DNA of 64,000 bases, taken from NCBI GenBank assembly GCA_963836235.1, contig CAWIIP010000004.1, forward strand, positions 480,001 to 544,000, written 5' to 3'. Below are positions 47,101 through 59,058 of this stretch, piece after piece. Each line of letters starts with the position of its first letter. Positions within the stretch are counted from its first letter, which is position 1. The DNA is from an uncultured Pseudomonadota bacterium (GTDB lineage: Bacteria > Oederibacteriota > Muellerivitia > Muellerivitales > Muellerivitaceae). Made by a program: the position numbers and the translations under genes. The notes beneath the pieces were generated by a model. It was not told the DNA's origin. It worked only from the letters and a program-made list of their open reading frames with translations, and searched no databases.

Positions 47101-48756
47101 TTATGCTTCGGTTACCAAGCTCTTTTCCTTGGTCATGGTAACCATTCCGGGAGGCGCTCCCGGAATTTTTTTGACGTTTTTTTTCTCAGTGTAACTGACC
47201 ATCACCTTAGTTCCGGGTTCGGCCTTGCTGTGGGTCGCGGCCAGTTGGGCCGCTTGAAGAATCAATTCATTGGGAACGACGGCGTTTCTTTGTAATTTGC
47301 GCAAAATCACATGGGCGCCGGGAAGGTCCCGCACATGGAACCATAGATCCTCCGGTTGGGCCAATTGAAAAGTCACGTAGTCATTGGCCGCCGCCGAGGT
47401 GCCCGCGCAGATCTCGAATTCCTTACCCAGCTTCGTGCGAATAATATTGGGTGTAGGAACCTTTTCTTCCTTGGGTTTCTTGGGCTTGGGTTCGGATTCT
47501 TTCTTTTTGGGGAAAAGATCGAGAAAAGCTTTTTGGATGTCTTCCGAGTTTCTGAGGGCGGGCAGGCTTCGCTGGGCCGATTTTAATTGGTTCAGCCGTT
47601 CCTGGATTTCTTTCTCCCGCTTTTCCACCAAGGCCAGTCCCCGGGAACCCTTTTGGGCTTTTTTAAAAAACCTCTGAGCGTTCTGCAAGGGGGTGATTTC
47701 GGGATCGAGTGGAACAGTGACCCGCCCCGGACTCCCCCTTACCACATCCTCCAGGCTGGCTTCCCTCAGGTGCAGCTTGATCTTGTGCAATTGGGCCATT
47801 AAAAGTTCGCCCCACCATTGGTATTGGTCGGATTTTTCAGCTTCAGCCCTGTCTTTTTTCAGTTTTTCCAGGATCCGTTTCTCGTGTTTGATGGCTTTGG
47901 CCACTTCCGATTCCAGTTTTGTCTTTCGGGTCAAGCGGATTTGATTCTCAAATTCCAATTTGAAAAGCTTTTCGAGGGCCTGGCTGAGAGTTGGAAAAGA
48001 AAGGAATTCTTTTTCGGGGACGCCTAGATCAAAAAGCCTGAGGGAAGGGGGCGGTCCAGGAAAAAGCAGATAGCGATCCAGGCCTTTTTCCTCCCAGGAA
48101 GTTTTTAAAATTTCCCATTGGGAGAAAAAGTCCTTCCCGCGTTTTTCCAAATGGGCGGCTAACTCCGTATCAGTTCCCCTGAATTTCTCTTTGATCCAAG
48201 CGCCCAGGGGGGGATGGCCCGCTTGGTTCCAGAGGCTTTCAACCTCTCGTCCAGTGAGATTCCATAGGTTTGGTTTATCCAAGGGTTGGGGAGGTTTTTG
48301 ATAGACGGTTTGAGGCATGACCAAACGTTCCACGTCGTTTTTGTAACGTAAGGCGCTGATGATTTGATTATCCGGGCCCACCAAAATGAGATTGGGATAT
48401 TTTGGAATCCCCTCGAAAATGAGCCGAAAGACCCCTTCCGGAGTTTTGAAATGGAAATCCATCAGCCGTTCGCCGGCTTCGGATTCGAGGCCGATGAGTT
48501 GAGCGTATTCCAGGTTTTTTCTTAACGACCTGCAAAAGTTAGGCGGCTTTTGCAAGGCGGGGCGTTTCTCGGTTGTGGAAAAAAGAACGGGTTTTAAAGG
48601 CGTGATCGCGATGACCAAGGTGCGCGACGGCCGGTCCGGATGATAGAAGGTTAAATCCACGATTTCGGCGGCGGACTGGGAAATGTGGGAAAGGCGGGCC
48701 GAGAGAAGAAATTGTTTCAACTCGCGGGCCAAGAGGCGCACTAACAGAGGGGTCAA
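47101..48756 (-). CDS. rqcH: NFACT/RqcH (FbpA-like) ribosome quality-control protein
   Basis: PPNFCRSLRK, ENAQ-like QNAQRFFKK, DLWFHVRDLPGAHV, PPGMV; likely TTG start at 48756 after AAGGA. Confidence 0.88.
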   Translation of the reverse strand: MTPLLVRLLARELKQFLLSARLSHISQSAAEIVDLTFYHPDRPSRTLVIAITPLKPVLFSTTEKRPALQKPPNFCRSLRKNLEYAQLIGLESEAGERLMDFHFKTPEGVFRLIFEGIPKYPNLILVGPDNQIISALRYKNDVERLVMPQTVYQKPPQPLDKPNLWNLTGREVESLWNQAGHPPLGAWIKEKFRGTDTELAAHLEKRGKDFFSQWEILKTSWEEKGLDRYLLFPGPPPSLRLFDLGVPEKEFLSFPTLSQALEKLFKLEFENQIRLTRKTKLESEVAKAIKHEKRILEKLKKDRAEAEKSDQYQWWGELLMAQLHKIKLHLREASLEDVVRGSPGRVTVPLDPEITPLQNAQRFFKKAQKGSRGLALVEKREKEIQERLNQLKSAQRSLPALRNSEDIQKAFLDLFPKKKESEPKPKKPKEEKVPTPNIIRTKLGKEFEICAGTSAAANDYVTFQLAQPEDLWFHVRDLPGAHVILRKLQRNAVVPNELILQAAQLAATHSKAEPGTKVMVSYTEKKNVKKIPGAPPGMVTMTKEKSLVTEA

Positions 48757-48953
48757 TCGGGTTTCCTTAATTTTTTTCTCTGCGGCTATTATGGCATAGG
48801 AATTTCTCCCCTCGAAAGGTCCATTCTTTTGAAAAGAGGGGTAACCATGTGCTTTTTGGAGCGATGGATTTATTAGGCCTTCATTTGACACTCATGAAAT
48901 AGGGGCATAAACTGATCTTGAATTACCACTTTTCCCACGCACCGAGGGCATTC

Positions 48954-50630
48954 ATGAGCGAGAGGCCTTGGCTTTCTTCCTATGATGAAGGTGTTCCGAA
49001 GACCCTCGAATATCCTGAAAAGACCCTTTCCGAACTGCTTCAGGATGTTTCACGAAAATATCCCCAAAATCCAGCCCTTTATTATTTCGGTTCCCGAATG
49101 GATTACGGCGATCTGAATGAAAAGGTCAACCGTTTCGCTAACCTGCTCATGCAAGAGGGAATCAAACCCGGCGACCGAGTGGCCCTCTATTTGCCCAATT
49201 GTCCGGCTTGTGTGATCGCTTTTTTCGGGGTTTTAAGAGCGGGTGCGATTTTGACCCAATTGAATCCCCTCTATTCGGCCAGTGAGACGGCCCACCAATT
49301 GAAGGATTCGGGGGCGAAATTTGTGGTTTCCCTGGATCGTTTCGTGCCGATCCTGCGGCAAGTGGCGGGGGAATGCGGGTTGAAAAAAGTCTGGGTCACC
49401 CGGATCAACGACTATTTTCCATTTCCCCTGAAGTGGCTATATCCCCTGAAAGCGAAAAAGGAAAAGAGCTGGGTGAAATGGCCAAAGGAACCCCTTTTCA
49501 CCAGTTTTGTGAAGGACCTGGCGGCGTCCTCCCCCGCCCCAGTGCCCGTTCCCTTGAAGATGGATGAGACCGCCCTGCTTCAATATACGGGGGGAACCAC
49601 CGGTGTGGCCAAGGGCGTCATCCTGACGCACCGCAACATGGTGGTTAACGCCTTCCAATGCAAGTACTGGCTGCCCCGCCTTTCGGAGGGCAAAGAAGTA
49701 TTTATGCTGGCTATTCCCATTTTTCATTGTTATGGCATGACCGCGGGAATGAATTGGTCCGTCATCATGGCCGCTTCCATGGTACTGGTTCCCAAGTTTG
49801 AAGTGGAAACGGTTCTGAAGGCCGTGGACCGGTATGGGGTGAGTATTTTTCCCGGGGTCCAGGCCATTTATGTGGCTATCAATAACTATCCCCACGTGGG
49901 GAAATACAAGGTTCGCAGCATCCAGGCTTGTATTTCAGGAGCGGGGCCGTTGCATCAGGAAGTACAGAAAAAATTCGAAGTGCTCACGGGGGGTAAATTA
50001 GTGGAGGGTTACGGCCTCACGGAGGCTTCCCCGGTCACCCATTGCAATCCGGTTTACGGCAAGCGCAAGATGGGCATGATCGGTCTTCCTTTCGTTGGAA
50101 CCGATTGCCGAATCGTGGATGTGGAAACTGGGAAAATCGAGATGAAGGTTCGGGAAATCGGCGAACTAACGGTTAAGGGCCCCCAAATTATGCAAGGTTA
50201 TTGGAACCATCCTGAGGAAACCGCCATGGTTTTGAAAGATGGCTGGCTCTATACCGGTGACATCGGTTATATGGACGAGGATGGTTTTTTCGCCATCGTG
50301 GACCGCAAGAAAGATATGGTAAAAGTCGGCGGAGAGAACGTCTATCCAAGGGATGTTGAGGAGGTGCTTTTCAAGAACGAAAAGATCCTGGATTGCGTGG
50401 TCGCCGGGATACCCGACGAAAAGCTGGTGGATAAAATTAAAGCTTACATCGTCCTCAAACCGGGTTGCGTAGCCGAGCCTCAGGAAATCATCGATTTCTG
50501 CAAGGACAAATTGGCGAAGTACAAAGTTCCTAAGGAAGTGGAGTTCAGGGAGTCCTTGCCTAAAAACATGGTGGGAAAGATGCTGAGACGGCTGCTGGTG
50601 GAAGAAGAGAAAGCAAAATTGAAAAAATGA
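48954..50630 (+). CDS. fadD: Long-chain fatty acid-CoA ligase
   Basis: QYTGGTTGVAKG, EGYGLTE, GWLYTGD, GKMLRR. Confidence 0.92.
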   Translation: MSERPWLSSYDEGVPKTLEYPEKTLSELLQDVSRKYPQNPALYYFGSRMDYGDLNEKVNRFANLLMQEGIKPGDRVALYLPNCPACVIAFFGVLRAGAILTQLNPLYSASETAHQLKDSGAKFVVSLDRFVPILRQVAGECGLKKVWVTRINDYFPFPLKWLYPLKAKKEKSWVKWPKEPLFTSFVKDLAASSPAPVPVPLKMDETALLQYTGGTTGVAKGVILTHRNMVVNAFQCKYWLPRLSEGKEVFMLAIPIFHCYGMTAGMNWSVIMAASMVLVPKFEVETVLKAVDRYGVSIFPGVQAIYVAINNYPHVGKYKVRSIQACISGAGPLHQEVQKKFEVLTGGKLVEGYGLTEASPVTHCNPVYGKRKMGMIGLPFVGTDCRIVDVETGKIEMKVREIGELTVKGPQIMQGYWNHPEETAMVLKDGWLYTGDIGYMDEDGFFAIVDRKKDMVKVGGENVYPRDVEEVLFKNEKILDCVVAGIPDEKLVDKIKAYIVLKPGCVAEPQEIIDFCKDKLAKYKVPKEVEFRESLPKNMVGKMLRRLLVEEEKAKLKK

Positions 50631-50649
50631 TTTCGTGAAGGGGGCTTTT

Positions 50650-51840
50650 ATGAAAGAAGTGGTCATCGTCGATGGGGCAAGAACGCCCATTGGTAATATG
50701 GGCGGGGCCTTAAAGGACGTGACGGCGCAGGATATGGCCGCCACCGTCATGAAGGAAATAGTGAAGCGCAACAACCTGAAACCCTCCGACGTGGAGGAAG
50801 TGATCCTGGGCTGCGTGGGCCAATTCTCCGACGCGCCCAACGTGGGAAGGGTGGCGGCCCTTTTGGCTGGGCTCCCGAAGGAAGTGACGGGCTATACGGT
50901 CCAACGCAATTGCTCCTCGGGCATGCAAGCCCTGGTAAACGCTTATCAAAACATCCAGTGCGGGGACGCGGACATCCATTTGGCGGGTGGAACCGAATCC
51001 ATGAGCCAAGCTCCCTATGTGAGCCGGGACCTTCGGTTCGGGAAGCGCATGAGGGATTCGAAAATGGTCGACACCCTTATGGAAGGTCTGACCGACCCGG
51101 TCTGCCATTTGGTAATGGGCCAGACGGCCGAGGTTTTGGCCGAGGAATTCAAGATTTCCCGCAAAGAACAGGACGAATACGCGGTTCAAAGCCATAAAAA
51201 AGCCTTTAAAGCCCAAAGGGAAAATAAATTCAAGGATGAGATCGTGCCGGTCATGGTGCCCAAGAAAGTCATGGGAAAACCGGTGACCCCTGAGCCCGTT
51301 TCCCAGGACGAGGGCATCAATGCCGCCTTAAATGAGCAGACACTGTCCGCCTATCCGACAATTTTTAAAGAAGGTGGCACGGTAACTCCTGGCAATGCTT
51401 GCGGCATCAATGATGGAGCCTGTGTGACGTTGGTCATGTCCAAGGAGAAGGCCGACGCCTTAGGCTATAAGCCTCTCGGATACATCAGGTCCTACGCTTT
51501 TACGGGGGTGGAACCGGAAAGGATGGGCATCGGGCCCGCCTATGCGATCCCGAAGGCCCTAAAAAAAGCGGGATTAGAGTTATCCAACATGCAGTTGATC
51601 GAGATCAACGAGGCTTTTGCGGCCCAGATTTTGGCCGATGACCGGGTTTTGAAGATGAATCGGGAGATCTTGAACGTAAACGGGGGGGCCATTGCCTTGG
51701 GCCATCCGGTTGGCATGACCGGGGCGAGGCTGGTCTTGACGGGTTTGAAGGAAATGGCCCGGCGGAACCTTTCCTTGGGCGTTATTTCCATGTGTATTGG
51801 TGGTGGAATTGGTGGAGCAATGGTGCTCGAGCGCAAATAA
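50650..51840 (+). CDS. Thiolase (acetyl-CoA C-acyltransferase)
   Basis: NCSSG, NEAFA, GHPVG, CIGGG. Confidence 0.93.
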   Translation: MKEVVIVDGARTPIGNMGGALKDVTAQDMAATVMKEIVKRNNLKPSDVEEVILGCVGQFSDAPNVGRVAALLAGLPKEVTGYTVQRNCSSGMQALVNAYQNIQCGDADIHLAGGTESMSQAPYVSRDLRFGKRMRDSKMVDTLMEGLTDPVCHLVMGQTAEVLAEEFKISRKEQDEYAVQSHKKAFKAQRENKFKDEIVPVMVPKKVMGKPVTPEPVSQDEGINAALNEQTLSAYPTIFKEGGTVTPGNACGINDGACVTLVMSKEKADALGYKPLGYIRSYAFTGVEPERMGIGPAYAIPKALKKAGLELSNMQLIEINEAFAAQILADDRVLKMNREILNVNGGAIALGHPVGMTGARLVLTGLKEMARRNLSLGVISMCIGGGIGGAMVLERK

Positions 51841-51911
51841 GCGCTTGAGTAGGGTGTTTGTAGTTAACTTCTAACTACAAATTCCTAATTCCTCATGGAA
51901 CGGAGTTCAAC

Positions 51912-53123
51912 ATGTTTATCTACAAAGCGGGCGTCATTGGCGCGGGAGCCATGGGGGCAGGAATCGCGCAGGTCATTTCCTTTTCCGGGCTTCCAGTTGT
52001 TTTGAAGGACACTGATGAGGAACGGGTGAAGAGGGGCATCGAGATGATCCGCAAGGTCTATCAGGGCCGGGTGGACAAGGGCAAGATGTCGGCTTCTGAG
52101 ATGGACCAGAAAATGAACCTGGTGACCGGAACCACTTCCTATGATGATTTCAAGGATTGCGACTTGGTGGTCGAGGCCGTTTTCGAGAGTATGAAAGTAA
52201 AACACCAGGTTTTTCAGGATCTCGAAAAAGTCCTTCCGGAAACCGCCATCATGGCAACGAATACTTCCGCTCTTTCCATCACCCAGATCGCCTCGGCGGT
52301 TAAAAGATCCGAAAAGGTGATTGGTTTGCATTTCTTTAATCCGGCTCCTGTCATGAAACTGGTTGAAGTGATCCCGGGACTTCAAACCTCACCAGAGACG
52401 GTTGACGATACAGCGGCTTTTGCAGAGTCACTTCGCAAATTGCCTGTTCGGGTGAAGGAATGCGCCGGGTTTTTAGTGAACCGTCTGCTTCTTCCCTATT
52501 TGAACGAAGCTGCTTATGCCTTGCAGGAAAGCTCAGCTCCGGCCGAAGAAATGGACAAAGCTCTGAGAGCTTTCGGCATGCCGATGGGTCCTTTCGCGCT
52601 TCTTGATATGTTGGGGCTGGATGTCTGTGCCGAGGTTTCCATGATCCTTTACGATTCCTTTGGCCCCCGGATGAAGGCGGCAGAGATTTTGGGAGAGATG
52701 CACAAGGCCAACCGCTTGGGCACCAAAAATGGCATCGGTTTTTATGTTTATGACGATTCCAAAAAAGCGGATTTGAAACCGATTGTCGATGCCATCCAGG
52801 TCAAAACGGGGGTGAAGGGGACGCCCTTTTCACCCGAACGATTGGTGTTCCAAATGATCAACGAGGCGGCCTATTGCTTGGAAGAAAACGTGGCGTCCCC
52901 TTCGGACATCGACTTAGCCATGTTGGCTGGAACGGGTTTTCCCCAGGACAAGGGAGGACCCTTGCACCTAGCCGATGGAATCGGCCTAGATGTGGTATTG
53001 GAAAAGCTGAAAGAATTGTCTAAAACTTTAGGGACCCGGTTCTGGCCAGCGCCTATTTTGAAACGGATGGTTTCGGCCAATTATTTGGGTCAAAAAACAA
53101 AACGCGGGTTCTTTAACTATTAA
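51912..53123 (+). CDS. 3-hydroxyacyl-CoA dehydrogenase with two C-terminal domains
   Basis: GAGAMG, EAVFE, HFFNP, GFLVNR; PMGPF and a second GGPL repeat. Confidence 0.9.
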   Translation: MFIYKAGVIGAGAMGAGIAQVISFSGLPVVLKDTDEERVKRGIEMIRKVYQGRVDKGKMSASEMDQKMNLVTGTTSYDDFKDCDLVVEAVFESMKVKHQVFQDLEKVLPETAIMATNTSALSITQIASAVKRSEKVIGLHFFNPAPVMKLVEVIPGLQTSPETVDDTAAFAESLRKLPVRVKECAGFLVNRLLLPYLNEAAYALQESSAPAEEMDKALRAFGMPMGPFALLDMLGLDVCAEVSMILYDSFGPRMKAAEILGEMHKANRLGTKNGIGFYVYDDSKKADLKPIVDAIQVKTGVKGTPFSPERLVFQMINEAAYCLEENVASPSDIDLAMLAGTGFPQDKGGPLHLADGIGLDVVLEKLKELSKTLGTRFWPAPILKRMVSANYLGQKTKRGFFNY

Positions 53124-53132
53124 GGAGGATTT

Positions 53133-53912
53133 ATGGCCCAATACATTAGTATTTCGATCGAAAACAAAGTCGCCACGGTGGTCATCAACCATCCCCCAGT
53201 CAATGTCCTTTCGCCGGAGGTCTTGAAAGAACTTGAGACGGCCTTTGATGAATTGAAGGGTAATAAAGACGCTAAAGTTATTGTTTTGACGGGAACCGGC
53301 CCCCATTTCATCGCCGGCGCGGATATCAAGCAAATGTCCCGAATTCAATCGGTGGTTGATGGCAAGAAAGCGGCGGGGGAAGGACAAAGGATATTCCTTA
53401 AAATCGAAAGGTTTGAGAAACCCGTGATTGCCGCCATTAACGGCACTTGTCTGGGCGGGGGAATGGAATTGGCCATGGCTTGTCATATAAGGATGTGTTC
53501 TGATCACGCTCGGCTGGGACAACCCGAAATCAATTTGGGAATTATTCCAGGTTTTGGGGGTACTCAAAGAATGTCCCGGTTGGTGGGAAGAGGAAAGGCT
53601 ACTGAATGGATTTTAACGGGGGACAATATCGCGCCACCTGACGCCAAGGCTTTTGGACTCGTGAATCATGTTTTGCCTGAATCCGAGGTGCTTCGTCAAG
53701 CCCAGGGATTGGCCAAGAAAATTGCAATGAAGCCAGCGGCAGCCATAGCCGCCGCTTTGAAGGTCATCAACAATGGTTTGGAACAGTCAACCATGGAAGC
53801 CGCTATGGGGGCTGAATTGGAAGGGTTTGGCAAATGTTGCGAGTCACCTGATATGAGGGAAGGTATCAAGGCTTTTGTGGAAAAGAGACAGCCCCAATTT
53901 ACCGATCAATAA
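53133..53912 (+). CDS. Enoyl-CoA hydratase
   Basis: FIAGADI, GGGMELA, GQPEINLG, GGTQR. Confidence 0.92.
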   Translation: MAQYISISIENKVATVVINHPPVNVLSPEVLKELETAFDELKGNKDAKVIVLTGTGPHFIAGADIKQMSRIQSVVDGKKAAGEGQRIFLKIERFEKPVIAAINGTCLGGGMELAMACHIRMCSDHARLGQPEINLGIIPGFGGTQRMSRLVGRGKATEWILTGDNIAPPDAKAFGLVNHVLPESEVLRQAQGLAKKIAMKPAAAIAAALKVINNGLEQSTMEAAMGAELEGFGKCCESPDMREGIKAFVEKRQPQFTDQ

Positions 53913-53985
53913 AACTCATTTGTCTTTCGTGGTTAAGAACGATAGTGAGTTCGAAACTAAAGAAAATTGAAAATAAGGAAAAGGG

Positions 53986-54852
53986 ATGCCGAGAAAAACA
54001 AAGAACTCAAAAGAATTCCAAACTCTTATTGAACTGCGGCGAACCAGTGAGGAAAGCCGTTATAAAGTTGGCTTGGCCCTTTGCGGGGGAGTGGCTTATG
54101 GCGTCGCCCAGATCGGGGTATTAAAAGCACTGGAAGAGGCGGGAATCAAAATCGATTGCCTGGCGGGGACCAGCGCGGGAGCCATTATCGCCGCCGCTTA
54201 CGCATCGGGGTTGCCGGTTTCCCGTATTGAGGAAATCGGGATTAATACCAGTTGGGGAGAACTTTTTTCCTTTAGGCCTTCCCGCAAGGGGCTGGTTTCG
54301 TCTGGCCCCATTGAAGAATATATTCGCAAGTACCTCAAGGTCGACACTTTCGAACAACTAAAAAAACCCTTGGCAGTAGTGGCTACCGATATTTGTTCCG
54401 GAGAGGAAGTCATTTTCACCCGTGGAGCGCTGGATAAGGCGGTACGAGCTTCCTGTTCAATCCCCGGAATCTATAGCCCGGTGGAACTAGACGGGCGGCA
54501 ATTGGCCGACGGGGGCATGGCCGAAAACGTGCCCGTGAAGGCCTTGAGAAGCCTAGGAGCCGACGTGGTGATTGCGGTGAATCTTTTCGGGCACCACCAA
54601 GTGTTTCCCCCCGCTTCCAACGTTTTCCAAATTTTGATGCGAGTCTGGTATTTTTTCGTGCGAGAGGAATCGGCTTGGCGGGAAGAAAGTGATGTCGTCC
54701 TTGAGCCAGACCTGCGACTTTTTGATTTGTTCGATTTTAGCGCGGGGAAGGAAATCATAGCGGCGGGTGAAAAGGAAGCCAAACGCCAGATGCCAAAGAT
54801 CAAACAGGTCATCCAAAGGCGGTTTTTCTTTCGACCGGAAATCTACCGTTAA
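53986..54852 (+). CDS. Patatin-like phospholipase
   Basis: GTSAG and DGG motifs, ASCSIPG. Confidence 0.9.
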   Translation: MPRKTKNSKEFQTLIELRRTSEESRYKVGLALCGGVAYGVAQIGVLKALEEAGIKIDCLAGTSAGAIIAAAYASGLPVSRIEEIGINTSWGELFSFRPSRKGLVSSGPIEEYIRKYLKVDTFEQLKKPLAVVATDICSGEEVIFTRGALDKAVRASCSIPGIYSPVELDGRQLADGGMAENVPVKALRSLGADVVIAVNLFGHHQVFPPASNVFQILMRVWYFFVREESAWREESDVVLEPDLRLFDLFDFSAGKEIIAAGEKEAKRQMPKIKQVIQRRFFFRPEIYR

Positions 54853-55071
54853 GTTTTCAGAAGCTGAAAGTGGGTTAATATCGCTGTATTCTTTGGGCAT
54901 TTTTACCAGGGTCAAATTCGTTAAAACCTTTATTTTTCAATGGGAAATACCCTCAACAAGATTACTTACAAAAATGAGGGTTTTTTCTTGTCGCTCCCAA
55001 TTTGCAAGAGCATAATTGCTAGAAATCTTATTGTTTTTACAGCTTTTTTGTCGAGAGGGAGGTTGTCAGGT

Positions 55072-55344
55072 ATGACCAAGGATGAGTTGGTTGCGAAGGT
55101 TGCGGAAACCACGGGAGTTAAAAAAGTCGATCTTCAAAAAGCATTGGATGTGATCATTCATACCATTATTGAAACGATTAAAACCGGGGATAAGGTTAAT
55201 ATCACGGGCCTCGGTATTTTCAAGATTAAGGACAAGAAAGCACGATTAGCTCGCAATCCAAAAACCGGGGAATCTATTCAGGTTCCCGCCAAGAGGGCGC
55301 CTAAATTTTTGCCTTCCAAAAACTTCAAAGAAGCGGTCAAGTAA
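55072..55344 (+). CDS. hup: HU family DNA-binding protein
   Basis: MTKDELV..., GLGIF, ARNPKTG; GGAGG RBS before ATG at 55072. Confidence 0.92.
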   Translation: MTKDELVAKVAETTGVKKVDLQKALDVIIHTIIETIKTGDKVNITGLGIFKIKDKKARLARNPKTGESIQVPAKRAPKFLPSKNFKEAVK

Positions 55345-55372
55345 ACTCCGTTTATCTCCTTTGTTAAAAGTC

Positions 55373-55400
55373 AAAAGCCCCTTCTTTAAGGGGCTTTTTT
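55373..55400 (+). terminator. Intrinsic terminator after hup
   Basis: AAAAGCCCCTT-CTTT-AAGGGGCTTTT plus T tract. Confidence 0.85.
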
Positions 55401-55413
55401 ATTAAAGGGCCCC

Positions 55414-55442
55414 TTGACCCTTTTTGGACGATTACCTATAGT
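55414..55442 (+). promoter_or_regulatory. Sigma70-type promoter of groESL
   Basis: TTGACC-17 nt-TATAGT. Confidence 0.75.
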
Positions 55443-55451
55443 AACGCACTC

Positions 55452-55478
55452 TTAGCACTCGTGGGAAGAGAGTGCTAA
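55452..55478. promoter_or_regulatory. CIRCE element (HrcA operator)
   Basis: Perfect TTAGCACTC-N9-GAGTGCTAA. Confidence 0.97.
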
Positions 55479-55563
55479 TCCCGGCAGCATCCACTGCCAA
55501 ACAATTAATTTTTTAAACTTGTGGTGGCGTCAGCCGTCACGATTAATCTTCAGGAGGTAGTTC

Positions 55564-55854
55564 ATGAAATTTCGTCCGTTGCACGATCGCATTATGGTTG
55601 AACGAGTTGGAGAGGAAGAAAAAACTAAAACCGGGATCATCATTCCCGACGCGGCCCGTGAAAAGCAGCAGAAAGGGAAAATCGTGGCCGTCGGCAAAGG
55701 ACGCGTCACCGATAAGGGTGAAGTTATCAAGCTGGATGTAAAAGAGGGGGATGTGGTCCTTTTTGAAAAGTACGGTGGTGAGGACATTACGATTGATGGT
55801 AAAGAGTACGTGATCTTGAAAGAAGAAGGGGTTGTTGGAGTCATTGAAGCTTAA
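55564..55854 (+). CDS. groES: Co-chaperonin GroES
   Basis: RPLHDR, GIIIPD, VAVGKG. Confidence 0.98.
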   Translation: MKFRPLHDRIMVERVGEEEKTKTGIIIPDAAREKQQKGKIVAVGKGRVTDKGEVIKLDVKEGDVVLFEKYGGEDITIDGKEYVILKEEGVVGVIEA

Positions 55855-55895
55855 TTAAAACCAAAGTTAAAAATCACTCACTAAACATTCGATAA

Positions 55896-57548
<1,653 letters not shown>

Positions 57549-57592
57549 TCGCAAAAAGCGATTTAGAAGCGGTAAGGTTTAGTTGGAAGTTA

Positions 57593-57626
57593 AAAAACCC
57601 CTGGCGGGAAACCACCGGGGGTTTTT
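57593..57626. terminator. Bidirectional terminator between groEL and the oxidase gene
   Basis: AAAAACCCC...GGGGTTTTT GC-rich hairpin between convergent genes. Confidence 0.8.
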
Positions 57627-57641
57627 CATTTTTAGAGGCTT

Positions 57642-58829
57642 TTAAGGATGACAGGTCGGGTCTGAGTAGAGTGCCCCCGCCGCTAAATAGTCTGTTTTGA
57701 CCTCTTCTTGAGGCATTACGTCGATGTAAGTCATTAGCCCCCCCATGTTGGCTGGCGTTAAAGCGTCCCCCTCTCCCTGGGGGCCAGGATTGATCATGTG
57801 GTCCAGGATATGGCAATGGAACATCCACCTTCCCGGGTTGATGGCCGTGAAGGCGATGTCGGCCGTCTGGGAGGGTCCTAAGTTCACCGTATTGGCCGCA
57901 TAGGGATGCTCCAATGGGTTGCCGTCCAATGCGACCACCTTGAAGGTGTAGCCGTGCAGGTGCATAACGTGGTCGTTCTCACCGCTGGCGTTTACCAACC
58001 GCAAAAGGACCCTGGCGCCGGTGGGGACCTTCAAGACCGGGGCCTCGGGAAAGGCTTTGCCATCCAGGGTAAAGACGTTCTCTTGGTCGCCACCGCCGAC
58101 CTTGAAAGATGCCATTTCATAAAGGGCCTCCACGTCGTAGGGACGGGTAGGTTTTTTCGCCGGGTCCACGATCAGGACGCCGTGAAGGCCCATGTCCATC
58201 TGGAAAGTATCGTTGAAATGGGTATGGTAGAGATGGGTGCCGATCATTTGGGGGGTGACCGTAAAGGCGTAAGTGTGGCTGCCTCCCGGTGGAATGGGTT
58301 TTTGGGTGATGTCGGGCACACCGTCTTCCGAGTTGGGAACGGCTAAACCGTGCCAATGGACGGTGGTTTCCTGAGGCAGCTCATTTTTCACGATGATCCT
58401 GACCTTATCCCCCACCCACCAGCGGATCAGGGGCCCCGGTACCTGGTGATTGTAGCCCCAGACGGTCACTCGGGCGGTGTTGTAAAGCTGCCAGACGAAG
58501 GGGGAAGCCGTCAAAAAGAATTCTTTGGTTCCGTCCGGCAGAATCCTGGGTTGCAATCCCCGTCCGTGTAGGATGTTATTGCAAGCTGAGTCCTGGCGGT
58601 CGATTTCTTTCCGCGAGATGAAGGGATTGTCCAATTGCGAGTAAAGGATGACCTCGTCTGCGTCGGCGTGATGGGGGGCGGTTACCGCGGCAGGGGCGGG
58701 CGGAGATCCGCCGGGTGTTCGGTGAATCCGTTGTCCCAGGACGAAACCAAAAGCCAATCCAGCCATCACCAATATTGAAATAGCCCATCTTTTTAGTTTT
58801 GACAGCCGGGCATCATTCGAAAAATTCAT
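57642..58829 (-). CDS. Two-domain multicopper oxidase with N-terminal membrane anchor
   Basis: HWHG, YHTH, HVMHLHG, FHCHILDH copper motifs. Confidence 0.9.
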   Translation of the reverse strand: MNFSNDARLSKLKRWAISILVMAGLAFGFVLGQRIHRTPGGSPPAPAAVTAPHHADADEVILYSQLDNPFISRKEIDRQDSACNNILHGRGLQPRILPDGTKEFFLTASPFVWQLYNTARVTVWGYNHQVPGPLIRWWVGDKVRIIVKNELPQETTVHWHGLAVPNSEDGVPDITQKPIPPGGSHTYAFTVTPQMIGTHLYHTHFNDTFQMDMGLHGVLIVDPAKKPTRPYDVEALYEMASFKVGGGDQENVFTLDGKAFPEAPVLKVPTGARVLLRLVNASGENDHVMHLHGYTFKVVALDGNPLEHPYAANTVNLGPSQTADIAFTAINPGRWMFHCHILDHMINPGPQGEGDALTPANMGGLMTYIDVMPQEEVKTDYLAAGALYSDPTCHP

Positions 58830-58992
58830 TCGTGTCTCCGGTTGTTGAAATAGTGTTCGTTACGAAAACACGCCTTGTTAGATAGCATTTGTCCGGATGA
58901 TTCACCATGGGTTGGAAGTATCATCCGTGTAAATTTTGTAGAACTTTCTTATTCCCTGGATTACCCGACATTAGTTTTTCCAAATCGAAATT

Positions 58993-59025
58993 AAAAAAGG
59001 TCCGCCCGGTTCGAGCGGACCTTTT
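58993..59025 (-). terminator. Intrinsic terminator after phosphoesterase B
   Basis: AAAAAAGGTCCGC...GCGGACCTTTT. Confidence 0.8.
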
Positions 59026-59058
59026 GTTCAACGTTGCTGGTGAAAGAAGAGTTGGAGC

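Noticed and set aside
48757-48891. Long N-terminus of RqcH in the ORF track
   Set aside because: Extends into the divergent promoter region; a TTG with RBS at 48756 fits better
54940-55071. 44-aa N-terminal extension of HU
   Set aside because: The HU sequence starts at ATG 55072 with a GGAGG RBS
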